From the NCBI GenBank assembly GCA_963575745.1, contig CAUYUJ010000279.1, forward strand, positions 1 through 64,000: 64,000 bases of DNA. Direction: 5' to 3'. Both the position numbers and the translations under genes were made by a program. The stretch is from Prorocentrum cordatum. Taxonomy: Eukaryota. Under the pieces are notes generated by a model, which was not told where the DNA came from, did not search any database, and saw only the letters and a program-made list of their open reading frames with translations. Each line of letters starts with the position of its first letter. Positions within the stretch are counted from its first letter, which is position 1. Below, in pieces: positions 61,953 to 64,000 of the stretch.

Positions 61953-64000
61953 GCAGGGGGGGGGGGGGGGGGGGGCTGGGCGCCAACGGAGCCGGGGGCC
62001 GCCCTCCCGGTTCAGGGCAGCAGGGCTGTCCCAAATGGCGGCGTGTTTGGAAAGACCCCGGGGCCGGCTCGGGGTTCCAGGTGCTGCCTTCTCTGACCAC
62101 GTCGAGGGGGGAAGGGGGAGGAGGGGGGAGGAGGGCGTCAGGACCCCCTCCACCTCCTGGCCCCAGCTTCTCACACCTACTCACCCACCCTTTTTCCGTA
62201 TGGGCAACCCCCTCCCTGTAGCACCCATCGGCGCGTCGGCAAGGCGGGCCACCAAGCAGCATCCTGAAGCGTGGCATTTGCAACAGCGTCGAAGTGGAGG
62301 GGGCCATTTTCAAAATGGAGCCCTCGTCTGAGCACCGCGCACATTGGTCTTAGAAGCTTGAAGCAGTACCAAACATGGTGGGCTGCTCTGTTTCCAAGCG
62401 GAGCTCTCGGGAGGAGGAGGAGGAGGAGGAGGAGGAGGAGGAGGAGGAGGAGGAGGAGCAGGAGGAGGAGCAGGAGGAGGAGGAGGAGGAGGAGGACGAG
62501 GAGGGGGAGGAGGAGGACGCCTTGGCGCCGCTGGCATGCGCCGTGCGAAAAAAGTTGCAACAGCCTCAAGGGTGCAGGGCGGCTCCTTCTCCAAACGGGG
62601 TGATCGCCATAGTGCCGCGCGCGTTGCTCCTCCTCCTCCTCCTCCTCCTCCCTCCTCCTCCTCCTCCTCCTCCTCCTCCTCTCTGCTCCTCCTCCTCTCC
62701 AGCAGCTTGAGGGAGGGAAGACCGGTCGTTTGCAAAAGGGGGCGCTCAGCCTAGCGCCGCGCGCACTCGTCTTAAAACTGGACAGCTGTTGCACGGGATG
62801 TGGGCGGCTCCTTTTCAAAGTGGGGCGCTCGCTTGATACACAATGAAAACTGTAAGGAATCAGACATGTGACCAAAACGCAACACCTGCGCGGATGGAAC
62901 TCGGCTGCTCTGTGAACTTGGGAGTTTGCTTGACTGCTTTCGAATGTGAAAACCAGAGCCTGGAATGTATGGTACCTCTGCACGGATGCGGTGGCAACTT
63001 GTGAAACTGGGGCTCTCGCAAGAGAACCCCCGACGCCCATGACGTTGTGCACGTGTGCAGATGACACGTACACAGAGTGGGCGGTTCTTTTGTCTGAATG
63101 GGGATATCCCTAGAGACCCCGTTGCGGTGCACGGTTGTTTGGGCAGCTGCGCAAACGTCCGCAATACTCACTGAAAAAAACGTGCAGAGCGCTCTATGTC
63201 AACGCAGGCTCGTGCCCGAATTGCAGACCCATGTGGGGCTGGTATTTCAATAGGGCGCCTCTTGAAGTGGAGCGACAAGCTTGTAGGGACGTGTGCGGAG
63301 GGGACGTGGGAGGGGAGGGCATTTTGAGAGGAGAGGGTACATTGCAGCTTCTTGCAATAGTTTGGGTGGACTCTCCTCCTCCTCCTCCTCCTCCTCCTCC
63401 TCCTCCTCCTCCTCCTCCTCCTCCTCCTCCTCCTCCTCCTCTCCTTACTCCTCCTCCTCCTCCTCCTCCTCCTCCTCCTCCTCCTCCTCCTCCACCGCCC
63501 CTTCCTCCTCCACTTCCTCCGCCCCCCACCCTGCTCCTCCTTCCTCCTCCCTCCTCATTCCATCTCCCGCCTACCTCCTCCTCCTTCCCTCTGTCTCTCC
63601 TCGGTTTCTCGCTTTCTCGGTTTCTCGGTCAAGGTCCCACTCGTGCCAACGCAAACTAGAACAGAAAAGGAAGAACAAGGGCGCCCGGGTGGCGTGACGG
63701 GCGCGCCTCGAGGCTCAAGCTGTCCTGGCCCATTGTCGTGTCGAGTTGTTTCCCCCCCTCTCTCTCCTCACCCCCCGTCGTCACCGTCCTCCTCCTCCTC
63801 CTCCTCCTCCTCCTCCTCTCCTCCTCCTCTCCTCCTCCTCCTCCTCCTCCTCCTCCTCCTCCTCCTCCTCCTCCTCCTCCTCCTCCTCGGAGCCTCCAGC
63901 GCCACGCTGGAGCCTGCGGCTGGCTGCTCCCAAGCGCCGCGCTCCTCGCAGAAGCGGGTGCCCAGGGCGCGCGGGCCTGCGTGGGGAGTCGGCGGCGCTG

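Noticed and set aside
63712..63719. GGCTCAAG SL-like 3' end (plus strand)
   Set aside because: Only 8 nt; the upstream sequence does not match the SL.

Overview
This is GC-rich eukaryotic DNA made almost entirely of repeats. Two genomic copies of the 22-nt dinoflagellate spliced leader (DinoSL, DCCGTAGCCATTTTGGCTCAAG) identify it as dinoflagellate. I found no intact cellular gene, rRNA, tRNA or CRISPR array; most ORF-track entries are microsatellite or GC-rich read-through. The window holds: (1) an exact DinoSL at the 5' end of a LINE-like retrotransposon (Zn-finger/coiled-coil ORF1 plus APE endonuclease, 57696-59676, minus); (2) a second SL-headed retrocopy with tandem HSP70 C-terminal lid domains (46417-47619, minus); (3) decayed LINE RT fragments (22.8-24.6 kb); (4) Helentron/HINE-like elements, one carrying a 77-bp satellite; (5) many MITE families with TIRs and TSDs, mostly 160-200 bp long, some nested; (6) tandem arrays with ~845-, ~700-, 114-, 106- and 77-bp units; (7) abundant microsatellites that specific elements sit in or end in. 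Both SL retrocopies are joined to (CCT)n tracts. All protein assignments come from motif recognition by eye, with no database search.
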